Under the pieces are notes generated by a model, which did no database searches, was not told the DNA's origin, and was given only the letters and a program-made list of their open reading frames with translations. DNA of 64,000 nucleotides. Origin: Bispira polyomma. Taxonomy: Eukaryota. The position numbers and the translations under genes are program-made. The stretch lies in the NCBI GenBank assembly GCA_965649765.1, contig OZ287752.1:76632001-76696000 (forward strand), given 5' to 3'. This document shows, in pieces, positions 49,301-62,999 of this stretch. Every line of letters begins with the position of its first letter. Position 1 is the first letter of the stretch.

Positions 49301-52300
49301 ATTGAGATTTTTGTGACCATTTTGCCCCTTACTTACCTAAATTCCAGTTATTTTTAGCCAGTTTTTAATTTGGCTTAAAGTTTACCGGGTGGTGAATTTC
49401 AGATAGAGTGGCGAATTTTAGATTGTTTACTCTGTCTACTAGTTGTATACATTACCAACAACAGACTATATATAGAAATGGTCTCACTGAATATTGTACC
49501 ATATTGGTGACTGTATCAGTTAAAAGTAACATAGTGACCATAGACCCATGACATTTACAACAAAAGAAAAGGTTAATAAATTAGCATGCATAGTAAATTT
49601 TTACTTTGTATCCATAAAATAAGCTAAATGTTTGGGTTTACTAACTTACAGTAAAATGCATACATGGCTTGGTTCTGATCCAGTACGAATAGTCTTGATG
49701 CCTAAAATAAAGAAATGTTCCAGTTAATAATCCAAAAATAGACTCTGAGAAACATATTCATATTTATGTTTAGTGAAAGATATATAGCACACAGCACCAA
49801 ATAAATGGCTTCAAAAGACTTTGATCAGCATATGTTTCGAACAGTAAATACACAATTTTTAATTGAAGATCTATTAAACGAGTACATTGTATGTTATTTC
49901 ATAGCACCTACATTGTATAAAACTACATGGGCACTCAGTGCCAAAAAATTAAACACAATTTTGGGATTCGCTTTTCTACATGGATCTGCTCCTAACTACA
50001 TTGGATCCTGCCTTCTTCCATGCCCCAGTTGTCATGTAAACTGGTTTAATAGGGTTTTTTGTTGTAATCCAGGTAATAAACAAACCAACTAACCAACGGA
50101 CATGGGCAAAGAACATAAATCTGTATGACAAAATATGAATGTTTGAATTTATTAAAGTCGCATAATTAAGGCGACCTCAGACATGTTCTATACTGCCCGA
50201 GTTTGACGTTACATTTAGGAACATACGTATAGATTATTATTAGTACAGTAGATATTATCCAAACCTGTTGGGAGAGTACGATTTTATACTATATAGGCAG
50301 GTACCTCACACACTGTCCCACATGAAGGAACAAAATACATTCAAACCAACATTGGTAACATGCCAGTGTTTGTGAACCGTATGGTATTCAATCAGAGCTC
50401 TCTACCTACCAAGCCGCCATCTTGCCCAAGGATGTTATGCCACCAATGAACCATGTAGTATTCAAACAGAGCTTATTTTTACCTACCAGGCGACCACCCC
50501 TCCATGTTTTGCTGGTTTAGCGAAGGCCTGGTCATGCCAATACCTGACTGACTTCTCTGTACCTTCACAGACTAGTTGAGAACAGGGAACCTGTACGCAG
50601 AGGAAGAACATATACAGAGATATGTCACCGTGGAAACACAGGAGAATCACAATTGCCCCAGTGAAAAGTCTGCCTCCCCCACCCCATTTTTAGGGCTTTA
50701 AAAGTACATTGTTTAATAACCATTTATCCATTGCATCTGTAAGTATGACAATGGCTATGTTGACTACTTGTCAATTTTCATGAAATGCAAACTAAAAATA
50801 CATTTATACAAGCTTTTTAGCATGACTGCAATCATGTATGGTTTCATAGACTGACAAGAACACAACTGGTTAATATGTAACCCCACACTGATCTGTTGGG
50901 ACTTGACTAGAAATCATATTACACACAGCTCCAGTATATTCAGCAGGCAGTAAGGAAAACCTCTTGTGCCTTATCTGCCACAGCTAACCATCAGCTCTTT
51001 GCTATATCTTTTTAAGTTGAGATACTTTTTGTCTTGTTATCACAAGTACTGATCCCATTTGTCACTTTACTGTTGCCTACTTTAATTGGTTTGGCAACAA
51101 TAGAAGACAATGACACACCATCACAGCGACAGGGCAGTGACTTCAAAGACAAATATGAGACAATACGGTCATTATCTCAACATTGTCGCCTCAGAGCGTG
51201 GAATTTGAATATTTTTAAATTCCGCCCCACAATCATTGAGCAGAAGCGATAGCTGGAGACAACAAACAGACAACACTGAGATACTAAAAGGAATTGAGGA
51301 GACACCAAAGAGACACCTTTTAAACTTCTAGTGTTATAGTCAAGCTGACTGGCCGTGAACAATAAGTCCTATACTTGTCTATTGTATTTCTACCTATAAT
51401 ACTTGTGTGGTCTCATCAGAGCGTTATGATTTTTTGGAGAGAATGGTTCCCTGAGATACTTTATTGGTCACAAGAATAGCACTGGAATATAACTTGTTGT
51501 ACAGAGAGGAAAAGTGGTATTGTGAGCCAAGGTTGACACTGATGTACCTATATTTAGGAATACATGTATATTGTGTTATAGGCTTAAATATAGATTGTAC
51601 GTTGTTAATTTATAAATTATGTCTATATGCACCTTTCTAATTAAGGTTACTGTTATGTGAATATTCTCCAAAGGCTGCAGATTTTCTCAACAGGTTAACC
51701 CTTATCACGTCAGGGCTTTTCTATCCACCAGAATATACTGGCACCAGACCTAAAGAAGAGCTACATTGACCTCACATCACCAATATTTAAGCTTAATTCT
51801 CATAATAGTGGCATTAATGATAATTATTCTATTAAAACAAGGTGTGGCCAAATAACAAGGCACTTACTACAACTTTGGGATGATAGATCAGGTCATGGAA
51901 GAGTTTGGTCATTCGCCAGTGTCCAAGGCAGTGCATCAACACGTTGTCAGGGTCACCACTCTGGTTACTATGGTACTCGTACAGTAACTCATGGCCAGCA
52001 TGCTTCTCTTTTTCACCCTTTATATTAATAATGTTAAAAAAGGAAAGTCCATGTCTGTATGGCATTACATAGTCCTAATGTCTGAAAATTTGAATTTGAT
52101 TAACCTTTTCTATTTTTTCATAGTTTGATATGAAATTCTTATTTAATTTTTATGAATTTTTTGATTCCCAGCATGCGGCTCAGGATTTTCAGTAAACAGT
52201 GCAAATGGTAATGGAAAAGGTTTGGTGTTGAGATCATAAATATACTACATGTAGTAACCAGCTAATAATCATCTAGTGGTAGGTTATCTCTCATTACTAG

Positions 52301-53596
52301 AGGAAATCGTCTGACCTCCTTTAACTTCTTATCAAAAATCTAGCAGGTTTAAAATAATTTAAAGTTGAAGCACCTGCTGAATGGAAGAGTCTCCCTACCA
52401 CTTTTCGTACTGAGAAAAGTATATTACAGGCTTCCAAAAAACACTAAAAAACATCTGTGTAAACTCGCTTTTACACCTTAACATTTGTTTGTTAGTTACA
52501 ACTGAACTTTTATCATGAACCTTTCTTCTAATTTGACTATTATTTTGCAATATTGACTGGGCTGTTGCCACAAATGATGCCTGGTGATCGATTGTGGTGC
52601 TATAGAAATAAAACATTAACATTAACCAGCAATTTGACTCAAGAGTAGCCTACTTATAAGCAAGTGCAACTGTATGACATATTGCGTATATTTTGTGCAA
52701 CAATGTTTTTCTGCTGTAAGCTAATAACTCACGGTTAAGTGTTTATAATCCTCTAGGATCAGATCACACTGTTCTGTAGTCAGTACAGGAATGTTTAGTA
52801 GAAAGCCATCCCTCCAAAACTGCTTCACCTGCTGGTCAGACAGCCGATACTTGGACAAGGATTTTCTGTCCTATAAAAGCACATTTCTAAATGACTGTTT
52901 TGTAACATATAGTATACTGTCATTTATGTAATAAACACCCTGGGGTTTTTTGCATCTTTTAATGTGTACCCTCTGGATGTGTCTGAATTTAAATAAATAA
53001 ATAAAATAAACAGAACAAAAGTTTCTTAATGACAGGTATAGCTTTTAGGTGAAAAGATACCCCATCCCCCGAGGTTATTTGGCCTGGCACTGGGATAGGA
53101 TCCAATGACAGCTAGGGCATCTTATGTAGTCATCTGAGCAACTACATGCATCAGCATGTATACCTGGTTTCCCAGACAGGGATCAAACCTTTGTCCTCTG
53201 CATTCCGATGCAAGTATATCACCCATGGCAGTAGGCCACAGTAACAGATGCTTGGTAACATATATTTAAATATTTGTAAGTAAAACAAAAAAAACCTCAG
53301 CCACAATGTAAACATTTATTGTATTTCCTAGTTAATTACATAACAATTAATTCTAATAATATCAAGATCAGTTTCAATAAAATATATTTAGTGTTAATAT
53401 TAATTTGAAATATATATAATATATGTTATAAATTTTACATTCAAATCCATACAAAACCATGCCAAGATACTTGTATATTATCTAAATACAGAACCATGTT
53501 TACCTCCTCGGGGTCAAACAGTTCATTCCCCACTGGTTGGGATACAGAACTCCAGTCAAATACTCCTGGCTTCACTTCCGTGGGAATAGTTGACAT
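43400..53596 (-). CDS. Phytanoyl-CoA dioxygenase (PhyH) family Fe(II)/2-oxoglutarate dioxygenase, 10 exons, ~328 aa
   Basis: Exons 53596-53504, 52870-52733, 52017-51868, 50590-50487, 49701-49650, 48399-48332, 46952-46886, 46779-46667, 44461-44320, 43459-43400. All GT-AG and in phase (987 nt); Kozak-like caccATG. Motifs [30 protein letters not shown] (HxD), [38 protein letters not shown] (distal His and 2OG-binding Arg). Confidence 0.93.
45836..46362. mobile_element. Non-autonomous DNA element with subterminal inverted repeat arrays
   Basis: Left ggtcgtgcccaaccaacccgtcccaacc versus right gggacgagttggttggggacgacc...ggccatatacc. Confidence 0.6.
47496..47908. mobile_element. MITE with TIR GGCCATATTCT
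   Basis: ggccatattcttgaaaaaa ... ttttttgcgagaatatggtc; internal aactca/tgagtt motifs. Confidence 0.6.
47945..48127 (-). mobile_element. tRNA-derived SINE copy (body as in 10582 family)
   Basis: Shares acgctggagaaa..tgcatacagttg.tcaaggttctgcactgaaac..ttcccacataggcatcaac with 10655-10755. Confidence 0.75.
49170..49433. mobile_element. MITE with long inverted arms and 19-bp internal tandem units
   Basis: agagtaa..atctaaaatttgcg(actgtatctgaaatttgcc)x3 versus ggtgaatttcagatagagtggcgaattttagat..ttactct. Confidence 0.7.
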
Positions 53597-55664
53597 GGTG
53601 ACAAATTAACTCATCAAAGTGTATTCAGAACTACAACCATACCAAAGACAAGTATCACATGGCAATATGTGTTTATGTCTTGCACAAAACCAACCAAACA
53701 GAAAATACTGTCAGAGCTATACCGTTGTTTACATGCACGTTATCTATTCAGTACTTTTTCAATAAACATACACGAGTGCATTGTAGATGTACTGGCAAAA
53801 ACCTAAGTAAATATGGAGGTGTACTGAACGTGTGCAAGATTATGTTGAATTAAGTACTATTTTAGTGTAAACTGTAGATATTCAACAAATATTATGTTTA
53901 CATTTGGCAACAGTTTATAATTTGAATTACATTTACAGATGGACCCCTTTAAGTAGAACTCTGTTTAGTCAATTTCTTTTTTTTTTTTGGTGGAAAAAAA
54001 ATAATTAAGTAGTCCCATCATGCCCTTCCTTGTTGCTCGACTTCAAAGGTTTTAACTGTATTTGTTACATGTCCTACCTTTATTATCTGTTTATGTTCCT
54101 TGTTGGTACATATATCTAGACGCTCTGTTAAATGTATACCTATTTGAAACAGAATTAAGGTAAATATATATGTAATTGATTAAAATTGTTATATTGTCAG
54201 TTTACAGTATGTGAATAAAGCAGATGTACTGTTTTTAAACACCAACATAGCTGTTGTGTTTTGTGCCTTGGAAAAGAAAGTCACTTGTTCTATACGGAAG
54301 CCTATACAGGTCATACATTAAAGAAAAAAATTAAATATTATCTTGCAATGGAAAAATTTGAAAGATAGGCGTTTCTCGTAGATACAAGAAAGGTGTTTCT
54401 TGTAATTAGAAGATATCTTAATGTATGATGGGGAGATATATAGACTTCCGTTCGTTCTGTGCAAAATATACCAACTGAATAATTCTACAATCATATGTCA
54501 TGTTAATTTACTTCTATTTTTGTTTTTATTGTAAAAACTGGACTACTTTTATTGCCAGGGTACCAGTATTTTTATAAATGGCAGGAATTATCATTAATAA
54601 AAATCTTTAAAACAAAAAAAAAAAGAAATTAAGCCTACTGCATTATTTTTGTAACAGACATATCTGATCTGGTTGCTTAAATCATAGTAACTCTGAAAAT
54701 TGTCTCTGGACATGTTATTTTAAGTACAATATTAATTTAAAATGATGTAATTGATATCTTTAGATACTAGATACATTTTGTCAGAACAACTTTTAGTAGA
54801 ATTGATTATTGCAGTGTAGATTCTGAAAATATCTATCAAAATGTGAATGTAATATAAATACAGTATATGTATTAAGCTTAATGTACTTGAAAGGGCGTAG
54901 ACTAATACCTCTGACAGTGAACACATCTGTATAATGAACACTTTTTGCTGGTCCTATTTTTCACTAGTATATTGTACATTACCTCTTAATTGTGAACACC
55001 TCTTTATAGCTTATAACGAACTCTGTGGCTGGTTCCTAGGACTGTTTATTATATGGAGGCCTATTACTATGTTAGGATATTAATGCCATCCTTGCTGAGA
55101 TGATCCTTAAGTTATAGTGACCTGACCATGCAAAAACAGTGTTTGTCCTTATCTTGCAATCACAAATTATATCATGTAACTATGTTTTATTATTGAATTG
55201 TTGAATGATAAAGAATCAAAACACAAATGAACACACTAAGTATCAATTCCACACCTTTTTTTGGTCAAATGCCAGTCTTATTTCAAACTCCAATCAAACC
55301 TTGATTTAAAACTGTTCCAAACCCCCAAATAAGTGTTTTTGTGGTGTACCGAAAACTCACTGAAAGGTAAACAAGTGTATTGGTCCACTTAGTACAATTG
55401 AGTAATGGGTAACAAGCTGTGCCAAAAGAACATGTATGTCAATGAAATGAAAGTTTCAAGCTAAGCCATATTCTATATATGACGCCTGGACAGACATGGC
55501 ATCTTCCTATGTCCCTGTACATCATTGTAGCAAGGATAATAAACTGCAAGTAGCTTAACATCAGCACACAGTTTGTACAGTTGATACACAATACTTGTGT
55601 TTTAGCAAAAGAGAAAAAGAGTAACATGAATATTTGGCCCGGTGATGAAATACAGCTCTTGTAA

Positions 55665-55870
55665 TAATCATAATCAATCAATCAATCAAGTTTAATCATT
55701 TAGTCTAAGAAGTAAGGAATATCATACAAATTGGAAACCACTGGTGACTAGTAGCAAAAACTTTGGCTGAACGGCTTTGCCAAAGAACAATGTTTGAAGT
55801 CTGGTTTTAAAATTTGTAAGTGTAGAGCCTGTATGTATGTTGTATGGAAGATGCTTTACATGAAAAACTT
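55665..55870 (-). mobile_element. L2/CR1 3' end with (TGAT)n tail
   Basis: HLPYNIHTGSTLTNFKTRLQTLFFGKA followed by a tgattgattgatt tail. Confidence 0.65.
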
Positions 55871-57023
55871 CCACTGAGGGAAAATAAGATTGATGGTACA
55901 CATCATATGGAATATCTAAAAACACTTTATTAAGATTACTTTACCTGGATCAAGCAAATGAAATGTAAGCGGACAGATAAAAAGAGCCCAAATATTATGG
56001 TATTCATCCCAAGGAAAAAGCTGTCATCACTGGTTATAAAGTAAAAGACACTGATTTCGTACAAAATTAATTTATTGTCGTAGAATTTGTATATTAACAT
56101 GACCATGATACTATGTACAATGAGAGGATGACTATAATGACACAAACACATGCTCTGAATAAAAGTTATATATATGTACATAGTTATATATAGAGTGAAA
56201 TAGCACCTGTAAAAGTATATTATATTGAAATAGAAAACAACACACCATGAATAACTGCAAAATATTACATCTTCCATTGCATCAAGCAAAAAATGCGGAC
56301 AGTTTACAACATATGCAGTTTTTACAATACATGCAACTTTATTTGAATATTTGGTCTATAAGTAAGTTACTACAAAGGTTTATATTAAAAACAATTTTAG
56401 TAAAACTTTAAATGATTGAAGGTATTATCACTTTTTAATCAAATTCAACCAAATATAGTTAAACCTCTAAAATCTTTTAAACCGTGTTAGGAGAGCAATA
56501 TTTTATTTCCAATAACAAGGGTTTCCTAAATTAAAAAAAGAACTTAAATATTTAATAATAGGAAATTGTTATTTAGGGAGAGATAAATTATGGTCATAAA
56601 ATTCAAGATTTGGATGAGAGAAGTTTGGATAACACAGGTTCTACTGTACCTACATTTACATTTAAATGAAATGCTCAAACCACAATACTGACTTAAATGT
56701 CAGTAATTTTAATCATTAAAATATCTTCCGTTGTGATACCTGTAAAGATGATTAACACTTGTAAAATAGTCATAAAGAATATATATATATATATATAGTG
56801 CAAACAAAAATCTTCAGATCAATACTCGTTGATTATCATAAATAAAAATACTGTTAACAGTAAAAACAATGTAAACTATGATCGATGCATTGCTGACATT
56901 TGCAATCCTCATATGCAAAGCAAAATAACAAAAAGCCAGAAACCCACAATTCAAATGAATAATGAAATATAACAATATATTACAACAGACTTATCCATAC
57001 ATATTGCTGTACCAATTAGGAGG

Positions 57024-57375
57024 GCAAGGGGAGCATAACTTGATTGTAAGAGTATGTAATAATTGAAACCAGTGTATTTTAACACTTTACACTGACATTC
57101 GTTGTATTAGTGCATGGAGAGCACGACTTATTTGTAAGATTATGTAGTAATTGAGACCAGTGTATTCAAAACTTTTACACTGACATTCATTGTGTTAGCG
57201 CAAGGGGAGCATGATTTATTTGTAAGATTATGTAGTCATTGAAACCAGTGTATTCCAAACTTTTACACTGACATTCGTTGAATTAGCGCAAGAGGAGCAT
57301 GACTTGATTGTAAGAGTATGTAATGACTGCAACTAGTATATTCAAAACTTTTATACTGAATTTTCATTGTTGTGC
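57024..57375. repeat. Tandem repeat, ~88-bp unit x4
   Basis: gcaaggggagcat.actt.attgtaaga.tatgta..aattgaaaccagtgtatt...acactgacattc.ttg recurs at ~57024, 57112, 57199 and 57287. Confidence 0.9.
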
Positions 57376-58337
57376 TTTTAACCACAACTACTATTCTGAC
57401 CAAACATGTAACAAATACCATATACTTATATATTCCGAGGACCTATGTCAATTACATTACACCACCTACATACTCCGTGAAGGTTGTATAGTGCACGGTA
57501 TTTTAAATGCTCTTTTTTGCTGAAGACAGAGGTTTGAGAATGCTAAGATCGAACCCAGTACCTCTGCATTCCAAAGACAGTTTTGTACCCACTAGACCAC
57601 ATTGGCAGATATTTTTCATATAGAAAATATTTATAGTCCCACAACAGCCCTCTATAACCCTTCACCACCGCGAGGCAAAATACTTGGACTTTGATGACTT
57701 CACAAATGATGTTTTCGCAACAACTGATTACATCACAATTGAAAAAATTAATTTTTCTTTATGTCAAATGCAGATTTTATTCCTGTGTTCTGAGGGGGCT
57801 ATATTATCAGAATATAAGCTGTTTGTGAGGGCTATACTGGGAAATATGCACCCGAGGTCGGGACAATATGTTCCAGTATGGCCCTTACAAACAGCTTATA
57901 TTCCGTTTATTATACCGTAGCATTTTTAAAAATTTTTAATAAAGATAATCTGTCAATAAGGAATTTTAGTCCGGACGTCTATTTTCGTGGAGCTCTGAGG
58001 TTTAGTAGCACCCTTTACTCCCGTAACGAGTATATAAACAATTTAGCCATGGCGGAAGAAGACGGCGGTGTATCAAGAACGTTTAACAGCAAATTCAATA
58101 TAATGTATTTACATTTGTTTAATTGTGTGTTAAACTATAAATCTTTAATATCCGTTGTGTGAAAACACAAATAACCGCCAATGGTGCTTGCTAAACTTTA
58201 CAAGTGATATGGCCCGCTGCAGTGATATGGCCCCCCGACTCCCAGGCCATATAGGGAAATATGGTATGTCACGTGATCACATTTTAACCAATTAGATCGC
58301 TAAATTCGCCGCCGAGGTATAATAAACAAAAAATATA

Positions 58338-58506
58338 CCCTAAAACTCCCTCCGAATAGCCCATGGGCTTTTAACTTGAACTTGAGGAAATGTAGGGGTG
58401 GGCTCTAAGGAGAATGTGGTATTTTCATTGAAAATTTTAACAGTATTTATAGAAAACTACGGGTGGGCTCTTATGGAAGCATGGGCTATTACGAGGGAGT
58501 TTAGGG
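58338..58506. mobile_element. TA-flanked MITE (TIR CCCTAAAACTCCCTC)
   Basis: TA|ccctaaaactccctccgaatagcccatg ... catgggctattacgagggagtttaggg|TA. Confidence 0.8.
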
Positions 58507-59430
58507 TATTATGCTGTTGACTGCTGGCCGACAGACATGGCACTGGCGAATACACTTGTCCAAGGTGGTCAAGGGGTCAAAATGTACCTTCTGTATTATA
58601 CATTTTTGCGCTAGATAGTGCAGTAAATGTTCTTGTGTGGTCAAACAATTCCAGTGGATGATGAATATGAGTATATACAGTGTTATACTTCTAGATATAT
58701 ATTTAGTGTTTAGAAATCCTGTTTCATTAGAGCTGAGACAATGCACACAACAATATAGTTCATTCATACAGTAAATTATATATATATATATATGTACATA
58801 CACGACTAGTTTTGTTTTAAAAACTGATTATACAGAATTTATACATTTGGCAATACAGCGTAGGCAAACACAGAATAATAATAGGATTACATACTGACCA
58901 TTGTAATAGTAATACACTAAAGCCAGATATTTTAGTCAAGAAAATACTTCACCAGTGTCTTGGCTATCTATCTAAGGCTTGTATAGCACCTAATCTCTGT
59001 ATAAACTAATTCCAATCTACCAATGTCTTTAAAAGTAGGCAGTATCAATGAAACTTTGCCTTTTACCAATGTATATGATCTGTGTAAAAGAATTGATTAA
59101 CATTGAACTTTTCTTTCTTCTACATTGTTTGATTGATCCATAAATCTAAAATACTGGATATTGCTGCTGGCTTAATCGTTTTATTGAAGGCCATTCTGGG
59201 TCATATTTTTTACATGGAAACTCACGCCGATGAAGAATGAAAATCTGACTTTTGATTACCTTTGGTAAAATTAATAGTTGCAAGCCTAGTCTATGCTCTT
59301 GGTGATGCAATCCATGTACATGGTACTTAAGTTCAATCATAACTCTGCAACTTTGTGTACACACACCTTTGTATCTGTCTATGAAGTGTATCAGGTGCCA
59401 TACAAACCACTACATTACATTATACAAGTA

Positions 59431-59621
59431 CAGTAGAACCTCCTTTATCAGAACTTCTATTATCCAAATATTTGATTCTATAAACACATTTCCACTCTCT
59501 CAATTTTACATTTTTCTTATTTTTTTAATATTAGATTATCTCTTATATTATTGTATTCCCTTTCCATTATCCAAACCAAATCTTACTCTCCAAACATGTT
59601 CGGATAATAGAGGTTCCACTG
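59431..59621. mobile_element. MITE family A copy
   Basis: TA|CAGTAGAACCTC...GAGGTTCCACTG|TA. Confidence 0.8.
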
Positions 59622-62107
59622 TAATACTAATCATAGTTAAGATTCATCAAGTATTGGTATAACTTCATTCAAATGCACTGTCATTGATCATATAAGAAAT
59701 GACTATTTCGAAACATTTTCAAACTTTTCCTTAAACCGATTCTTTATCATTAACAAATGGTACTCCTATAAAATAAAGAAACACTTCTCTACATCTCAAA
59801 CAAACATTAGTCTTAACAAATAGATCATTTATTTCTTATTTGCATGAATTTGGAGATGGCAAAAAGTCAAAAGTGAGTATGTAAGAAAAAATAGAACCTT
59901 TATTATCTGAACATGTTGAGAGAACAAGATTGTGTTGGAATAATAGAATGATCATAAAATAGTACCAAAGCATTTCAGTATATTAAAACAAAAGGAAAAA
60001 ACATAAATCTCGGAGAGAGTGAAAATATATTTATAAAACTGAATATTAAAATAAATAGAAGTTCAGATAACAGAGGTCCTACTGTGTCCGTAATTTGCAT
60101 AAACGACAACAACAAAACAAATTGTTTTCTTATCTATTAAGCCAGATAAACAAAATATGTCTCTGATAAAAAAAAACCACATAAAAAAAACAATAGATTT
60201 CAATGATGAAAAACAAGATATTGTCTGATAAAACTGAATCCAAAAAACAAAAGAATACAACCAATTTAGTCCCACAGATATAATGTAAACTGAAATATAA
60301 ATGGCATCAAGTTGAAATCCCTAATAGCCGCAATCTGAGAAACAATTATTCTCATAAAAGAGGTTTTACAAAATAGAAAGATGAAATTTAGCACATGTAT
60401 AAAAATATAACAACAGTATTTTTACATATTAATGTCATCAACAATATTTGTACACACAGATGAAAAATGACATTAAAACACTAACAGAGTCATAATAAAT
60501 AGGTTAGTAAAACAGAGAGAGACAACCTTAGCTTGGTAGTTCATATCAACAAAATGAGGATTAGAAAAATGTGTTAAGTTAATGCCATGTTCGATTAGTG
60601 GTTAAATTCTTGTCCCTAAATATAATTTGTTTAAACAAAGGAGTGCTGTACTAACAAAATTTTTATTGCAAAAAACTGAAGGGAAAAAAATAATATTTTT
60701 GGGGTGTTTGGTTGCCAACAGACATCAATTCTAGAAGTAACAAATACCTTGACTGCTTAATGACAGCCTAGAGATCGAAAGGGTTAAATAGCCTATATAA
60801 CTGTAAGCATTCAATATTTTCGGAAGTGCTTTCAGCACTGAATTCAAATAATATGCAGGCCAATTCTACTAAGCCTTACCCCAGACAGAGAAATGGGTAG
60901 ATTTCAGATCTGACAAGGAGTTGAGAATTTTCGAGAAATACACAGCCACATATCACGAATCGGGTCAACATAGGTCTACTTTAACCTTAAGTTGAACACC
61001 TGCACACAAAATTATAACCTTGGTAAAGCCCACTTAATTCTTGGTTTGTTTATTTTATGCAAATAATATCTGAGAAAATGTTGTAAAATATATGAGAAAC
61101 AGATATTAAGTTATAGTAGAATTAGACTGGAATATTTGTTAGTTGACAATATAATTTGTTTTACACAAGAAAATACAGAAAAAAAGAGGTACGTATAAAT
61201 TTTGCCAGGTGTTACCGAATCACACAGATTTTCTTTTGGTTTTTTAAGCATATCTTTCTGTCCGATTATGACGAACCGGGCACCTTTAGTACTAACACAA
61301 CTCAAACTGGAAATACTGATACAGAAATTGTTTTTTTAGTAAAACCTGCTTTGTGTTTACATTTCGATCAAAATTACACCCAGGGAGTAGTTTATTGTAG
61401 TCTGTACTAAACAATGTAATATATTAGGTGTTTTAGTAAAACAAGACAAACATTACCCGTTAATACTGAGATGGCTTTTTTTAAACACTGTACAACATAC
61501 ACTAAATATGAGAACACCAGCTGTAAAAACTGAGAGATTGCAATAGAAGAGCTCAAAACATTGCCACCATTATTGTATTATGTCATGTGACCATACTGCA
61601 TGTTGTATTGATTATAACCCTTTGACGACTGAGGGAACAGTTTCACGTTAAAACACATAAACGGCCGTAGTTGGCTTTAATTTTTACACACACAAACATG
61701 AAAGTTAATCAATAAAATGCAATAATCTTGCGATAATTCGTAGAAACCATATTAAACATGCTCGCACAAATTGAGTGATCTGAAAACTGCAATATACTGG
61801 TGTTGGCACATGTGAGTAGATGTGGTTTCTAGGAATTACAACCATCATGGTCAGTAAAGAGTAATCGAGAGATGGTACATTACCAGTGGTCACCATATTT
61901 AGTTGAATTTACATTACATAGACTCAGTGTGTTGCAAAGCAGCATACGTGCATGTTACATACATATATTTTGAAACAAGATACACTATGTCAATACGGAT
62001 ATGGGAGTCCCGATTGGATACGAAAATATTTATTAAATAAACCATTGTTTTTCAATAAAAAAATTTTCATCTTGTCATTTCTACCATTTTGGGAAAACAG
62101 GTCTGTT

Positions 62108-62225
62108 TCAACTACTTTTTGCACTTGAATCTGAATCGAGAATAGAAACGTTAACACTAATAGGACTACCAGATTTTGCAATTGGACCCTCAAAATTACT
62201 GAATAGGGGGTTTCCTACTGGACTC
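62108..62225 (-). CDS. Possible terminal coding exon of an unidentified gene lying beyond the window
   Basis: Acceptor aagttttcag| followed by SPVGNPLFSNFEGPIAKSGSPISVNVSILDSDSSAKSS*; AT-rich UTR-like sequence follows. No family recognised. Confidence 0.35.
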
Positions 62226-62246
62226 CTGAAAACTTAAAGCTGTGCA

Positions 62247-62386
62247 GGGCTGGTATTCACAAAGATTCTTATTCTTAAATTTTTGTCCGAGTCTATTTGA
62301 TTGGCTGAAAATATTTTTTCGAGGAATCTGAATCTAGCTGAAACTAAGAAAATTCTGCATTCTAAGAATGTTTGTGAATACAGCCC
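62247..62386. mobile_element. Harbinger-like MITE
   Basis: gggctggtattcacaaagattctta ... taagaatgtttgtgaatacagccc inverted termini. Confidence 0.7.
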
Positions 62387-62999
62387 AGTTGAACAAAATA
62401 TTACAAGTAGAATGCAGCTTATAAGTAAGGTTTAATAACCTCAAAATTTGTGATGTAGTTTCCACGATAAGATTACCTATAATCAATACTTTGTAATGTC
62501 ACAACCTTTTTACACACATTACTTGTACACGTATACAAATAAATAAGCAAGAAAATCATAAAAAGAAATGCATTGTGTATTAAAGGATATTAAGTGGCAA
62601 AGTAGACTTCTAGGAAAAATTTTAGCAGAATAGAAAATGTGATGTTTTTTACAGAAAATATACAGTAGTGTGTAATATAATTCAAATGATTGCAAAAGCC
62701 ACATTATCGAAATGTCCAATAACATACAAGTCAACTACAGTACTGTTGGAAAAGTTATACTAATTTTCAGGAATCCTTTTTAAATTGTATACAAGTGAAA
62801 TTTTACTCCAGCTAAAAAGTTTCAACCGATATAAGATTTCAGTGAAAAGATTGTAAACAGATCGTAACCCTTTCATGACTGAGTGAACAGTTTTGCGGTA
62901 ATCCACCGAAACGGCTGTATTTTGCACTTACATTTACACACAATTGTTCAATTTAATCAATATTATGCTAAATTTAGTGTTCAAAATAACACTCATGTA

